Shown: positions 1-9,681 of the stretch, one piece after another
How positions within the stretch are numbered: position 1 is the first letter of the stretch
Layout of the letters: every line of letters begins with the position of its first letter
IMG/VR virus record: IMGVR_UViG_3300042549_009011
Location: 64,001 to 128,000 of that record
Direction: 5' to 3' (one strand)
Length of the DNA stretch: 64,000 nucleotides
DNA from: a virus
Notes under the pieces: generated by a model
What the model was told of the DNA's origin: nothing
Seen by the model: only the letters and a program-made list of their open reading frames with translations
Databases searched by the model: none
Translations under genes and position numbers: made by a program

Positions 1-1025
1 ATTAAGCCAGCAGCTTTTGCCTCTTGAATTGGAAGTTCTTGCCCACCACTGGTAAATGGGTGGCAATAAACATCCATACAATTATATATTTCATTTAATT
101 GATCTTCAGAAACTCCAAGAGCGCTAGTTTTCGTATGAACACAGCCAGTAGAACCACAAGCTGGACAATCCTTTTCTTCTCCTATATATTTGTATAGAAA
201 GTAGTTTCCACATTTATGACAGATATAAGTAGCCAAGAAGTCATCCATGTTCATTTTCTTTTCATCAATAAATCTAAGAATATCCCAGCCATGTATTTTA
301 TCTGACCAATCTGTATGTAAAAGCAATTTTGCTTTTGATTCTGGATTCTTTTCTTTAAAAATTCTGAAACCCTCTAAGATATTAGGTACAGATTTTCTTA
401 ATTGATTTTTAAAAACAAAGCCAACAATAAATTCATCTGTTAATGAGAATTTTTGTCTTATTTCTAATCTATTTTCTAATGGTTTAAAATTAGAATAATC
501 TACAGCCCCATGAAGAGTTTCAACATTCTTATGCCCCATTTTTCTTAACTCCTCTTCGGCAAAAGAAGCCCACACAAGAAATTTATCTGTATTGTCAGAA
601 TAAAATCTAGCTTCTGGAAGAATTGGAATGCTATCAATTGTTGTCCAAATTATTTTTGGAATTTTATTCCACCAAGGTTTTTTTTCAAATTCTCTAAAAG
701 CCCATATATCTTCAATTCCTAGATAAACATCTATTTCGTGATCTTGTATTATTTTGTCTATTGTATAATAACCGTAACCAGCAGCCTGTGATCTAGATGG
801 ATCAGAGTTTATTTGACTAATAACAGATTGATCTACTGGTGCTGTTCCTTCACTAACCCAAGGAGTTCTTTTGTCAGATCCGTAGTAAACGCCATTTGCT
901 GCTTCAATAATCTCTATATCTGGATCGTCAAAAAGCGATAGAAGAATATTTTTCATATTCTTGCCAAAGCCAGTAACCATTCTGCTATAGTTACTGTGTA
1001 CTAATACTTTTATTTTTTTAGACAT
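1..1025 (-). CDS. GT-B (GT4-like) glycosyltransferase with zinc-ribbon insertion; runs off the window start
   Basis: Not in ORF track; ATG at 1025 overlaps the upstream stop (TAATG). Reads MSKKIKVLVHSNYSRMVTGFGK...VGFVFKNQLRKS...CHKC...CPAC...DVYCHPFTSGGQELPIQEAKAAGL, matching the GT4 C-terminal signature region. Confidence 0.85.
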   Translation of the reverse strand, partial: MSKKIKVLVHSNYSRMVTGFGKNMKNILLSLFDDPDIEIIEAANGVYYGSDKRTPWVSEGTAPVDQSVISQINSDPSRSQAAGYGYYTIDKIIQDHEIDVYLGIEDIWAFREFEKKPWWNKIPKIIWTTIDSIPILPEARFYSDNTDKFLVWASFAEEELRKMGHKNVETLHGAVDYSNFKPLENRLEIRQKFSLTDEFIVGFVFKNQLRKSVPNILEGFRIFKEKNPESKAKLLLHTDWSDKIHGWDILRFIDEKKMNMDDFLATYICHKCGNYFLYKYIGEEKDCPACGSTGCVHTKTSALGVSEDQLNEIYNCMDVYCHPFTSGGQELPIQEAKAAGL

Positions 1026-1609
1026 TAAAATGGAACGTCTTCTTCGTCTTCAATTTCTTCTTGTTTAGCCACTGACTCTTTTTCTTTATAAACAGGTCTG
1101 TCAGATTGATACTCTTTTTGTTTTTCTGCTTGGAAAAGTAAATCTCTAGAAATGAACTCTTTAAGTAGAATTGAAAGAACTTCTGTTTCGCCAGCCTCTA
1201 ATGCTAATTTAAAATTAGAAGAAGAGTTTTTTGAGATAGAAATACCAAATGCTGGAGATTTGTATGTCTCTTCTCCATTTTGGGTTTTGATTTTTTTCTC
1301 TTTATCCCAAGGTGTAAATTTAATAATCGTAGTATCTTCATTAAATTTGTGGAAGAATACAGATGGAATTCTTGTATTGAAAGAAGAAATAATTTCTCCA
1401 GCTTCATTAGCATTCATTTTAAAATTACCAGATTTGCTTGGATTCTTGGCATTCCCAGAAAAAGAACCTGTTTTTGTTTTTTCATTCCAGCCACTTTGAA
1501 GTATTGAGCTAATGTAAAGCGTTGGAGCGCCATCTTTGGCAACTCCTATGGAAAAATTCATCGCGCAGCCAGTATTTTTAGAATTTGGTTTGTAAATTTG
1601 ATATTTCAT
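1025..1609 (-). CDS. Single-stranded DNA-binding protein, Whirly/PC4-like fold, with acidic SSB-type tail
   Basis: C-terminus EEIEDEEDVPF resembles the bacterial SSB-Ct (DDDIPF); body pattern YQIYK...FKMNANEAGEII...FFH resembles Whirly domains rather than an OB fold. Confidence 0.65.
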   Translation of the reverse strand: MKYQIYKPNSKNTGCAMNFSIGVAKDGAPTLYISSILQSGWNEKTKTGSFSGNAKNPSKSGNFKMNANEAGEIISSFNTRIPSVFFHKFNEDTTIIKFTPWDKEKKIKTQNGEETYKSPAFGISISKNSSSNFKLALEAGETEVLSILLKEFISRDLLFQAEKQKEYQSDRPVYKEKESVAKQEEIEDEEDVPF

Positions 1610-1649
1610 GTTTTGAAGTGTAATTCTTTTCAGATAACTATTCTATCAC

Positions 1650-2672
1650 ATGTTTCATAAAATTCAACCAGAACAAATACAATTACCCACTTTTTCAAGT
1701 CCAAGTGGTAGTATTAATTTTGAAGTTGGCTCAAATTTCGTATATGCGAATTTATCAAACGCGCTTACTGGTAATTTTTTTATTACTGGACAGCTTTTTA
1801 TAAATAACCAAAAAGTACAATTTTCCGATCCTTCTAATACTGTTGCATCTGGAACATCTAATTTTATACTTGGTGGTAAATTTAACAATATTCAAGGAAC
1901 TGGTAATGTAGTTCTCAATGGAATATATAATACACTTAATGGTAATAGCAACTCTGTTGTTAATGGGGAGTTTTGTGATTTTAGCGTAAATTCAATTAAA
2001 AATACTGTATTAGCTGGAGCTTATTGCTCTTTTCAATCTGGCGTTACTGGATCAGCAATATTAGGAGATACTAGATCTTACTCAAAACCAAGCTATGGAT
2101 CGAATACTCTTTCAATTTATTATGAGTCTGGAGCTTATTTTAATAATACTCCAGTAATATTAGATAACTCAGATATTTATCTTACATCTTCAGCTTCTGG
2201 AGTATTCTCTGGAGATTGTAGTTTCTTTGGGAATTTAAAGAAAGGTGGGCTTACAGTTGCAACTACTGGAGATATTTTTAGCGCAAACACTGGAATAAAA
2301 AATGATTTAGTTAATACTGGTATATATGCTGTTTCCGTAAAAACTGACCTTATAAATACTGGGGTATATGCTGTTTCAGTGAAAAATTCACTAGATATTT
2401 TAAGCGGTAACTCTTTATTAAAAACTGGAAGTCAAGTTGCCAGTGGGCAAAAAACATTTGCTCAAGATACAGTTTTTTCAGAATCAATCTTGATAAAAGG
2501 CAATTCTGGTATTCTTTCTGGAGTGAATGGATCAACAACACAAATCCCAATAGATTCTGGAGATTCAGTTGGGCAAAGAGGGTTAATTTCTTATTCTGGA
2601 GAATATTTATTCTTGAAAATATCAGATAATCCAAATCAATGGATTAGATTTTCTGGACAGTCATTCTGGTAA
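1650..2672 (+). CDS. Putative virion fibre/structural protein
   Basis: G/S/N/T-rich beta-solenoid-like composition, internal 14-aa duplication, C-terminal YLFLK...NQWIR fibre-like motif, GTGTAA motif upstream. Confidence 0.5.
   Translation: MFHKIQPEQIQLPTFSSPSGSINFEVGSNFVYANLSNALTGNFFITGQLFINNQKVQFSDPSNTVASGTSNFILGGKFNNIQGTGNVVLNGIYNTLNGNSNSVVNGEFCDFSVNSIKNTVLAGAYCSFQSGVTGSAILGDTRSYSKPSYGSNTLSIYYESGAYFNNTPVILDNSDIYLTSSASGVFSGDCSFFGNLKKGGLTVATTGDIFSANTGIKNDLVNTGIYAVSVKTDLINTGVYAVSVKNSLDILSGNSLLKTGSQVASGQKTFAQDTVFSESILIKGNSGILSGVNGSTTQIPIDSGDSVGQRGLISYSGEYLFLKISDNPNQWIRFSGQSFW
2298..2381 (+). repeat. Imperfect 42-nt tandem duplication (KNDLVNTGIYAVSV / KTDLINTGVYAVSV)
   Basis: Two adjacent in-frame copies visible in DNA and protein. 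Confidence 0.85.
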
Positions 2673-2675
2673 TAA

Positions 2676-3056
2676 TTAAAAGTCAACTTTTACTTTAGAA
2701 GTTTCAAAACTTTTCTTCTTATCTAGAAGATGTTTTTTGCCAACTTTTTTCTCATAATCAGAAAATACTTTTCTTTTAACTGGATCTTCTGTGCCAGTTT
2801 GCTGTGATCTTTTTTCAGAAAGTTCCGCTGAAAGATCCATTACTTCTCCAACTGTTCCATTTTTATTACCAGTTTTTCTTATGAAATCATTAGCAGAAAA
2901 TGGATCTATTTTTGTATCTATAGATGCTGTTGGAACAGTAAATACTCTTTTCCACTCAATACCTTGTTCGTCAAAGTATTCGTGTTTATCGTTCATTCCC
3001 TGAAGAACCTCTAAAACTTCATCTGTTTCTGGATTTTGATATAAGTATATAGGCAT
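2676..3056 (-). CDS. FmdB-like small protein lacking the zinc-ribbon cysteines
   Basis: N-terminus MPIYLYQ...W.RVF follows the FmdB MPxYxY pattern. Confidence 0.45.
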   Translation of the reverse strand: MPIYLYQNPETDEVLEVLQGMNDKHEYFDEQGIEWKRVFTVPTASIDTKIDPFSANDFIRKTGNKNGTVGEVMDLSAELSEKRSQQTGTEDPVKRKVFSDYEKKVGKKHLLDKKKSFETSKVKVDF

Positions 3057-4141
3057 TATTTTATTTTTTCTAGAATAGAATTTATTGTTTTTTCGTATGT
3101 AAATTCTTCTTGAAGCTTCAAGCCCTGTGTATTTTCTTGTTTTGCCACAAGCACAGCTTTATCCATAGCTTCTGAAATAGATTCTTGGCTAATATTGTAC
3201 ATATATCCTTGATTGAAAGGAAGTCCTTTTGCAAAAAATGCTCCATCGTAACATTCTATCTTTCCAGTAGGCTCAACTAATATACAATTATCTTTATTAG
3301 CCCAATCTTTATGAGCAGAGCAATTGCTTACAATAGACCACTTTCCAAGGGCTGTAGCGTTAAAAGCTGGTAGTCCCCAGCCTTCAGACGAGGAAAGCCC
3401 AGACAGGTCGATATCTATGGCATTAATGACCTCGTTTACTTCTGAGTTAGTTTTTAAATTTGGCAAAATATTTAAATTAGTCCATCTTCTTCCTCCAACT
3501 GTTTGATTTATGATTTTAGAAAAATCTTCTTGTGAAAAGAATGGATTGTTAACCAAGCAAGTTAATTGATATTTTGGATTATTGCCAAATTTATTTAGCC
3601 AAGTTTGAATTATTAATTGTGTATTCTTTCTTTTCTCAAATTTTCCAACTAAGCCAAAGTGGATAACATCTTTTCCAAGATATTCTTTATTTGTTTTATG
3701 GAAATCTTTATCAAAACCAATTGGAATGCTAGAGACATTTTGGCAACCAGCATTTAAAAAAGCGTTTTTAGCTTCTGAAGAAGAAAAGAAAACATGCTCT
3801 TGGCTATTAACAATAGAAATTTCTTCTTCTGTTGGTGAATCACATTCATAGAATGTATATAAAAATTGTTTTGGAGCGACTCTATTTTCCGCTCCGTTTA
3901 TGTGCCACAATTTTAAAGTTGGAATATCCTTATTTAATTTTTTATGTCTATTGTAAGCTGATGATTTAATCCATTCAATAAGTTCTGGATCTGCTTTATC
4001 AAAAGATTCAAAGTTCGCAGAATTTCCTTGAGGGAATAGTGAGATATCCATTCCAATTTTCCAAAATTCTCTTAGAAAATTAAAAGATACATTACCAAAG
4101 CTTAATGAGTTAATTGGGCAATCAAAGTGTAATTGTTTCAT
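3056..4141 (-). CDS. GT-B (GT4-like) glycosyltransferase
   Basis: VGKFEKRKN and SSSEGWGLPAFNATALGK motifs. Confidence 0.85.
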   Translation of the reverse strand: MKQLHFDCPINSLSFGNVSFNFLREFWKIGMDISLFPQGNSANFESFDKADPELIEWIKSSAYNRHKKLNKDIPTLKLWHINGAENRVAPKQFLYTFYECDSPTEEEISIVNSQEHVFFSSSEAKNAFLNAGCQNVSSIPIGFDKDFHKTNKEYLGKDVIHFGLVGKFEKRKNTQLIIQTWLNKFGNNPKYQLTCLVNNPFFSQEDFSKIINQTVGGRRWTNLNILPNLKTNSEVNEVINAIDIDLSGLSSSEGWGLPAFNATALGKWSIVSNCSAHKDWANKDNCILVEPTGKIECYDGAFFAKGLPFNQGYMYNISQESISEAMDKAVLVAKQENTQGLKLQEEFTYEKTINSILEKIK

Positions 4142-4715
4142 TTTTTATTTTCTTTTGAAGTTGTTCTATTGTTTTATTGTGAATATCAATGCAGCCTTGA
4201 ATACTTAAATTTATTTTTTTAGCAATTTCTTTCCAAGGCTTTAATTTTTTTTCATTTGTTGAAAAGTATCTTTCTTTGAAGATTTCAGTGACTCTTTTAT
4301 CTTCGTGTTGTTCTATCAAAAAACAAACCTTTTTCAAAAACTCTCTTTTGGATGATGCTTCACAAGGTATTTCTTGATTTGATTCTTGCTCATATTCTAC
4401 ATCGTCAAAATTTACGAATTTAGAATTCTTCTTATTAATTGTTTTGTTTGTAAGACAATTGTATCTAGTTCTATTTGCTAGATAAGTAGAAAACTTACTT
4501 TTTGATTCATCATGTTCTAATGCAGCAGAATAGATATTAAAATCTTTATCCTTCATTAAATCATCAATTTGAGTTTCGGTTAAATGTTTTTGACCGTATC
4601 TTCGAATCATTTCGATATATATGCCAGAATGCCTAGATATTAATTCTAATAAAGAATTATTATCTTTATTCATTTTAATTTCTTTAATTAAATATTCGTC
4701 AGTTGTTTCACTCAT
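4122..4715 (-). CDS. Phage sigma-70 family RNA polymerase sigma factor
   Basis: Region 2-like SKFSTYLANR and region 4 HTH-like WKEIAKKINLS. Confidence 0.75.
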   Translation of the reverse strand: MSETTDEYLIKEIKMNKDNNSLLELISRHSGIYIEMIRRYGQKHLTETQIDDLMKDKDFNIYSAALEHDESKSKFSTYLANRTRYNCLTNKTINKKNSKFVNFDDVEYEQESNQEIPCEASSKREFLKKVCFLIEQHEDKRVTEIFKERYFSTNEKKLKPWKEIAKKINLSIQGCIDIHNKTIEQLQKKIKNETITL

Positions 4716-5314
4716 GAGAAAAATAATATGTTATTATAATAAAATTCTTCGCAAAGTTTTTTAGTTTTTTCTTTAAGATCAGAATCATCAACAGAATTTT
4801 CCCAAACAATTTGGAAATCAGAGTTCTTTTTAAGAATCGGATCATTTTGCTTTTCGTCACTATTAACTGGTTTAACAAAAACTTTTTTTCCGTTTTCTAC
4901 TTTATATCTTGAAACGTGAATAAGTTTTCCGTTTTGGTCTTTAAGCCAAAAAAGTTCATCTGTAGGTTGTTGAGCAAATCTAAGATCAGAAATAATTACA
5001 ACATCTGGATTTTGAATTTTAATTTTTTCTTGAACTTTATTAACCCAGTATCTTCCTTGAGTTTGCTCTCTTTTAGCTTGACCATAGGCTACAAGAAGTG
5101 GTCTGATCAATTCTTTGTCTTTACCATCTGCATTAAACGGATTGATGTTAAAGTTTTCAATTAAAAAAGAAGACATTTCTGATTTTAAATCTTCTGCGAA
5201 AGAAAGTCTCAAAACATTCAAACTTGGATTCATGTCTTTTATAACTGAAGCCAAACCATCTGAAATTGTGTCCTTACCTGCTCTTGCTACTCCTGATACT
5301 GCGATTATTTTCAT
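4712..5314 (-). CDS. Deoxynucleoside monophosphate kinase
   Basis: P-loop GVARAGKDT, SFAEDLK, IRPLL and VIISDLRF motifs. Confidence 0.8.
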   Translation of the reverse strand: MKIIAVSGVARAGKDTISDGLASVIKDMNPSLNVLRLSFAEDLKSEMSSFLIENFNINPFNADGKDKELIRPLLVAYGQAKREQTQGRYWVNKVQEKIKIQNPDVVIISDLRFAQQPTDELFWLKDQNGKLIHVSRYKVENGKKVFVKPVNSDEKQNDPILKKNSDFQIVWENSVDDSDLKEKTKKLCEEFYYNNILFFS

Positions 5315-5319
5315 AGATA

Positions 5320-5850
5320 TTATTTTCCTGTGCTACCAAATCCACATTCTCCTCTTTTAGTTTCAGAGAATTTGCCAAGAATCAATTTTGGCACATAAGA
5401 AGGGCAGAATACAATCTGAGCAATCTTATCTCCTTTTTTGTAAATTTTATCAAAGTCAATTTTGACTACTAAATTTTCATAAATATACATTGGTTCAGAC
5501 TCTTTAATGTATTTAGCCATATCTAAATCTTTAGGTTGCCAAAGATAATTAAATCTTACTTTTATGCTTCCACGATAACCGTTGTCTATAACACCAACAG
5601 AGTTACAAAGTTGCAAATTGTAATTTGAAAGAGAAGATCTAGGATAAATCAAAGAATGAAATCCCTGTGGAGGTTCGATTTTTAAATCTACATCGTATTC
5701 TACATAATCAATAGATTCGTATAAAAAATCGTCATTGCTTATTTTTTCGCCAACAATTCTTGGCTCTGAAGAAGCGATCAAATCATAACCAACATCTTCG
5801 TCAGAAGGAGGAATTACGCTTTCTAGGTTAGAAACTATAACAGATTTCAT
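5320..5850 (-). CDS. dut: Trimeric dUTPase with internal insertion
   Basis: GYDL, PRSS, GVIDNGYRG, GDKIAQ and RGECGFGSTG motifs. Confidence 0.95.
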   Translation of the reverse strand: MKSVIVSNLESVIPPSDEDVGYDLIASSEPRIVGEKISNDDFLYESIDYVEYDVDLKIEPPQGFHSLIYPRSSLSNYNLQLCNSVGVIDNGYRGSIKVRFNYLWQPKDLDMAKYIKESEPMYIYENLVVKIDFDKIYKKGDKIAQIVFCPSYVPKLILGKFSETKRGECGFGSTGK

Positions 5851-5858
5851 TTAGCTGC

Positions 5859-5886
5859 ATTATAGATAAAAAAGAAATAAAGTCAA
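5859..5886 (-). promoter_or_regulatory. Sigma70-type promoter for dut operon (probably leaderless)
   Basis: TTGACT-16 nt-TATAAT ending 8 nt before the ATG at 5850. Confidence 0.75.
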
Positions 5887-5921
5887 GATTAATTTTGTTT
5901 TAAAATAAAAATATTTTTTGC

Positions 5922-5950
5922 TTGACAATTTTTTTAAAAACCTGTATAAT
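5922..5950 (+). promoter_or_regulatory. Perfect consensus sigma70 promoter
   Basis: TTGACA (5922-5927), 17 nt, TATAAT (5945-5950). Confidence 0.85.
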
Positions 5951-6200
5951 TGAAATACGTTCCTTCTACGAAAGAGGTTACGTCTCACGATAAGAATCGA
6001 GTTTCGAAAATGAATGAAATTAGAGTTCGATTTTCGAGAGTTCAGGTAAACCTTCACTCATTATTAATAATTACATTACGCTTCTATAAATATGGTAAAA
6101 ACAAAAAACGCTTGCGTAGGTAAAAATATAAAAGATTGTTCGGAGTATTTAATAAAGATTTTGGGAAATTTTTGATTCGAAATTTAGTTAAAAAAAGAGC

Positions 6201-6229
6201 TTGCTTTTTCCAAAAAACAAACCTATGAT
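6201..6229 (+). promoter_or_regulatory. Sigma70-type promoter for nrdB
   Basis: TTGCTT-17 nt-TATGAT, followed by GTGTAA at 6231. Confidence 0.5.
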
Positions 6230-6264
6230 GGTGTAACTCTAACTACAAAAAGAGTTTTAAAAAA

Positions 6265-7251
6265 ATGAGTAATATATTTGAAAAGGGAAAGTATTTGGAT
6301 CAAGAATATCAGTTTTTGGATAAATACGTTGGGATAATGTATAGGAGCTTTTGGACTCCAGCTAAATACGAAAAGCTTATAAAAGAACAAGACGTTCCGT
6401 TTTTCTTCAATCAAATGGAAGAAATAGACAAAGAGACAATCAAAAGATGTATCCTTGCTGTGGCTTTGGTTGAAGATAAAGTTAAAGTTTTTTGGCCCAC
6501 CTTACACAATGATTTGCCACAAACGGTAATTGGAGATATTGCAGGAGTTTTCGGCATGAGCGAAACCACTCATAGACGTAGTTATCATTCTCTTCTTGAG
6601 AATTTAAAAATTAGTCCAGATGAAATTAATGATCACGAAGCCACAAGAGGCAGAATTAATTATCTTTCAAAATATCTTGAAACAGATCCAAAAATTATTG
6701 GTAAAAAAAGAATTCTTAAAAAACTTGTTTTGTTTACCTCTCTTGTTGAAAGAATAAGTCTTTTTACTCAATTTTATATTTTAATGTCTTACTCTAGATC
6801 GAATAGAGGTTTGAAAACAGTTTCTTCTTTACAGCAAAGCACTGCTCAAGAGGAATTAATCCATTATTCTTGTGGTCTTGATATTATCAATAAAATCAAA
6901 GAAGAATCTCCACAACTTTGGGATGATTATCTTATTGAGTTAATTGAAAAAAATATCAAAGAAGCTTACAAAGCAGAAAAAAAACTTATTGATTGGTTTT
7001 TTGAAAAAGGTGTTCCAAGTCACCTTACAAAAGGTGAAGTGGTCAACTTCTTAAATTTTAATTTTAATGAAGTTTGCAAAGATTTAAAGCTTGCAATTAA
7101 GTATCCATTTTGCCAAACTACTTATGAAGATAAGAACAAATGGATGATGGAAAAAATTACAACAGCTTGCGAGCCAGATTTTTTCGATACGCCAAGCGGT
7201 AATTATGCAGCAGAAGAAGAAGAGCTAGATTTAGACGAATTTGAATTTTAA
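6265..7251 (+). CDS. nrdB: Ribonucleotide reductase beta subunit (class Id-like)
   Basis: Ferritin-like ligands VEDKVKVFW, SETTHRRSY (radical Tyr kept), VERISLF, QEELIH. Confidence 0.92.
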   Translation: MSNIFEKGKYLDQEYQFLDKYVGIMYRSFWTPAKYEKLIKEQDVPFFFNQMEEIDKETIKRCILAVALVEDKVKVFWPTLHNDLPQTVIGDIAGVFGMSETTHRRSYHSLLENLKISPDEINDHEATRGRINYLSKYLETDPKIIGKKRILKKLVLFTSLVERISLFTQFYILMSYSRSNRGLKTVSSLQQSTAQEELIHYSCGLDIINKIKEESPQLWDDYLIELIEKNIKEAYKAEKKLIDWFFEKGVPSHLTKGEVVNFLNFNFNEVCKDLKLAIKYPFCQTTYEDKNKWMMEKITTACEPDFFDTPSGNYAAEEEELDLDEFEF

Positions 7252-7255
7252 AAAT

Positions 7256-8938
7256 ATGAGTTACGGAGAAAAACAATTAGAGTTTATGAATAAAAAAAGA
7301 TATCTGAATAAGCTGTCTTTAGAAGAAAGAATTAATGAAATCAAATTAAAAGTAAAAGAATACGAAAGCGATTATTCAGAAGGTCTTGCAGATAGAATTG
7401 AAGATTATATCAAAAGACAAGTTTTAAGTCTGTCAACTCCTCAATGGTCTAATTTTGGAGTAACAAAACAAAATGGCACAACTCCATTGCCAGCATCGTG
7501 TTATATTGTTACTCCACAGAATAGCATTCAAGGAATTTATTATTCTATTGGTGAAACAGCCATGATGTCAAAACTTGGTGGAGGAGTTGGTGCAGATTTT
7601 ACAGAAATTTATGACAAAGGAACTCTTTTAGAAGAAGGTTTTTACACCAATTCAAAATTAGACTGGATGGAAGATTTGGTTCGCGCTGGGCAAAAAGTAA
7701 GTCAAGGAAATCAAAGAAGAGGTTATTCAGTTCCATTTATTAGCATCGACGATTCAGAATTTTGGGATCTAATGCAAAGAGTGGATAAAAATAATCCAGA
7801 TAAAAAAGATCCATTGGTATCTAATAATGTTGGAATTATTTTGCCAATTGGTTTTAGAGAAAAATTGAAAACAGATAAAGAAGCTAAGAAAAGATACATG
7901 AAATGTCTTTCTCTTAGAGAGTCAACTGGAAAATTGTATCTTGTTGATGTTGAGAACTGTAATAAAAACCAAAGTCCAGTTTATGAAAAACTTGGTCACC
8001 AAGTTTCCTCAACTAATATTTGCACAGAAGTTTTGACCCCAAAATATAAAGATAAAAGTTTCGTATGTGTTATTTGTGCTTTGAATTTAGTTCATTGGGA
8101 CGAGATTAAAAGTAATCCACAAATCATTAAAGATGCTTTGATATTCTTAGATATTTGTGTTTCTGAGTTCATCAAACTTACAGAAAACGTTCCTTTCATG
8201 GAAAAAGCTAGAAAATCAGCAATTGAAAAACGCGATATTGGGCTTGGCACACTTGGCTTTCATGAATATTTGCAAATGAACAATTGCGCTTTTGGAGATT
8301 TGAATAGTCGTTTCATCAATAAAGAAATTTATTCAACAATTAAAAAGTATTCGGATGAATATGCCTATGAAATAGGAGAAAAGCTTGGATCGCCTAAAAT
8401 GTGCCAAGAAGCAGAAATGACTCGTCGTAACGTATCTCTTATGGCAGTTGCGCCTAACAAATCAACTTCTTTCTTAATGGGAGAAACATCTTTAGGAATT
8501 GAACCATTTTTCAGTAATTATTTTGTAAAATCTTTAGCTGGAATCGAAACAACATTTAAAAATAAAAATCTCAAAAAACTTTTGCAAGAAAAAGATAAAG
8601 ATACAACTGAGGTTTGGGATTCGATTCTTAAAAATTTAGGATCTGTTCAACATTTGGACTTCTTAAATAAAGAAGAAAAAGCTATTTATAAAACAGCTAC
8701 AGAAATCTCCCCAAAAGATATGATTGATTTAGCTGGAGATAGACAAGTATATATTGATATGGCTCAAAGCCTCAATCTCTGGAATCGCCCAAATTATTCA
8801 AAACAAGATATTTATAATATTCATAAATATGCTTTTGAGAAAGGCATCAAAACTCTTTATTACTATTTCCCACAAGGACACGCTTCTATTGAGAAATCTG
8901 GAGAAAAATGGGACGATTGTGAATCATGTGCTGATTAA
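7256..8938 (+). CDS. nrdA: Ribonucleotide reductase alpha subunit, no ATP cone
   Basis: ASCY, STNICTE, VAPNKSTS, SQSLN-like AQSLN, KTLYY and C-terminal CESCAD; ATG at 7256 preferred to TTG 7241. Confidence 0.95.
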   Translation: MSYGEKQLEFMNKKRYLNKLSLEERINEIKLKVKEYESDYSEGLADRIEDYIKRQVLSLSTPQWSNFGVTKQNGTTPLPASCYIVTPQNSIQGIYYSIGETAMMSKLGGGVGADFTEIYDKGTLLEEGFYTNSKLDWMEDLVRAGQKVSQGNQRRGYSVPFISIDDSEFWDLMQRVDKNNPDKKDPLVSNNVGIILPIGFREKLKTDKEAKKRYMKCLSLRESTGKLYLVDVENCNKNQSPVYEKLGHQVSSTNICTEVLTPKYKDKSFVCVICALNLVHWDEIKSNPQIIKDALIFLDICVSEFIKLTENVPFMEKARKSAIEKRDIGLGTLGFHEYLQMNNCAFGDLNSRFINKEIYSTIKKYSDEYAYEIGEKLGSPKMCQEAEMTRRNVSLMAVAPNKSTSFLMGETSLGIEPFFSNYFVKSLAGIETTFKNKNLKKLLQEKDKDTTEVWDSILKNLGSVQHLDFLNKEEKAIYKTATEISPKDMIDLAGDRQVYIDMAQSLNLWNRPNYSKQDIYNIHKYAFEKGIKTLYYYFPQGHASIEKSGEKWDDCESCAD

Positions 8939-8944
8939 TTTTTC

Positions 8945-8972
8945 TTGAAATCTATAAAACCTATGTTATAAT
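8945..8972 (+). promoter_or_regulatory. Extended -10 sigma70 promoter for glycan cluster
   Basis: TTGAAA-16 nt-TATAAT with TG at the extended -10 position, 7 nt before the TTG start. Confidence 0.65.
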
Positions 8973-8979
8973 GTAAGCA

Positions 8980-9681
8980 TTGAAACTTACAGTAATAACA
9001 TCAGTTTTTAATTCGGAATTCTTTTTAGATAGTTTTTTTGAAGATATTTTAAAACAAACCATCTTTCAAGATTGCGAATTCTTTTTCTTGGATGCAAATT
9101 CAAAAGATGATTCCAGAAAGAAGATTCTAAAATTAGTATCAGAATATGATAATATCCAATATTTTAATGTTGGAGATAAAAATATTTATAAAACTTGGAA
9201 CATAGGAGTCGTTCTCAGTAAAACCGAATTTTTAACAAATTGGAATACAGATGATCGCAGATTACCAGACTCATTAGAAAAACAATATAATTTTCTAATT
9301 GAAAATCCAGAAATTGATCTTTGCTATGGAGAAACTCTTTGGGTCGATACACCAAATTTAAAAACAGAAAAATGCAATCAATTAAATAGAACCCCATGCT
9401 TTGATGCAACTATGGAGTCAATGTTTCAATTTAATTCGCCGCATTGTTTACCCATGTGGAGAAAATCTATCCATAACAAATACGGACTATTTGATGAAAA
9501 TCTTTTTTCAGCAGGAGACTATGAAATGTGGCTAAGAGCATTATCTAAAGGATCTAAATTTGGAAGGTTGAATGATGTAGTAGGATCTTACTACAGAAAC
9601 CCAAAAGGCATTTCGTCTAATCCAGAAAACTTAGATCGGGCAGTTGAAGAAGTAATGGCTGTAAGAAAATTTTATTCATAA
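8980..9681 (+). CDS. GT2 glycosyltransferase
   Basis: LTVITSVFN, DANSKD, WNTDD, GDYEMWLR motifs. Confidence 0.9.
   Translation: MKLTVITSVFNSEFFLDSFFEDILKQTIFQDCEFFFLDANSKDDSRKKILKLVSEYDNIQYFNVGDKNIYKTWNIGVVLSKTEFLTNWNTDDRRLPDSLEKQYNFLIENPEIDLCYGETLWVDTPNLKTEKCNQLNRTPCFDATMESMFQFNSPHCLPMWRKSIHNKYGLFDENLFSAGDYEMWLRALSKGSKFGRLNDVVGSYYRNPKGISSNPENLDRAVEEVMAVRKFYS

Noticed and set aside
5950-6123. 57-codon TTG-started ORF after the consensus promoter
   Set aside because: The TTG overlaps the -10 box, upstream of the expected TSS; treated as non-coding
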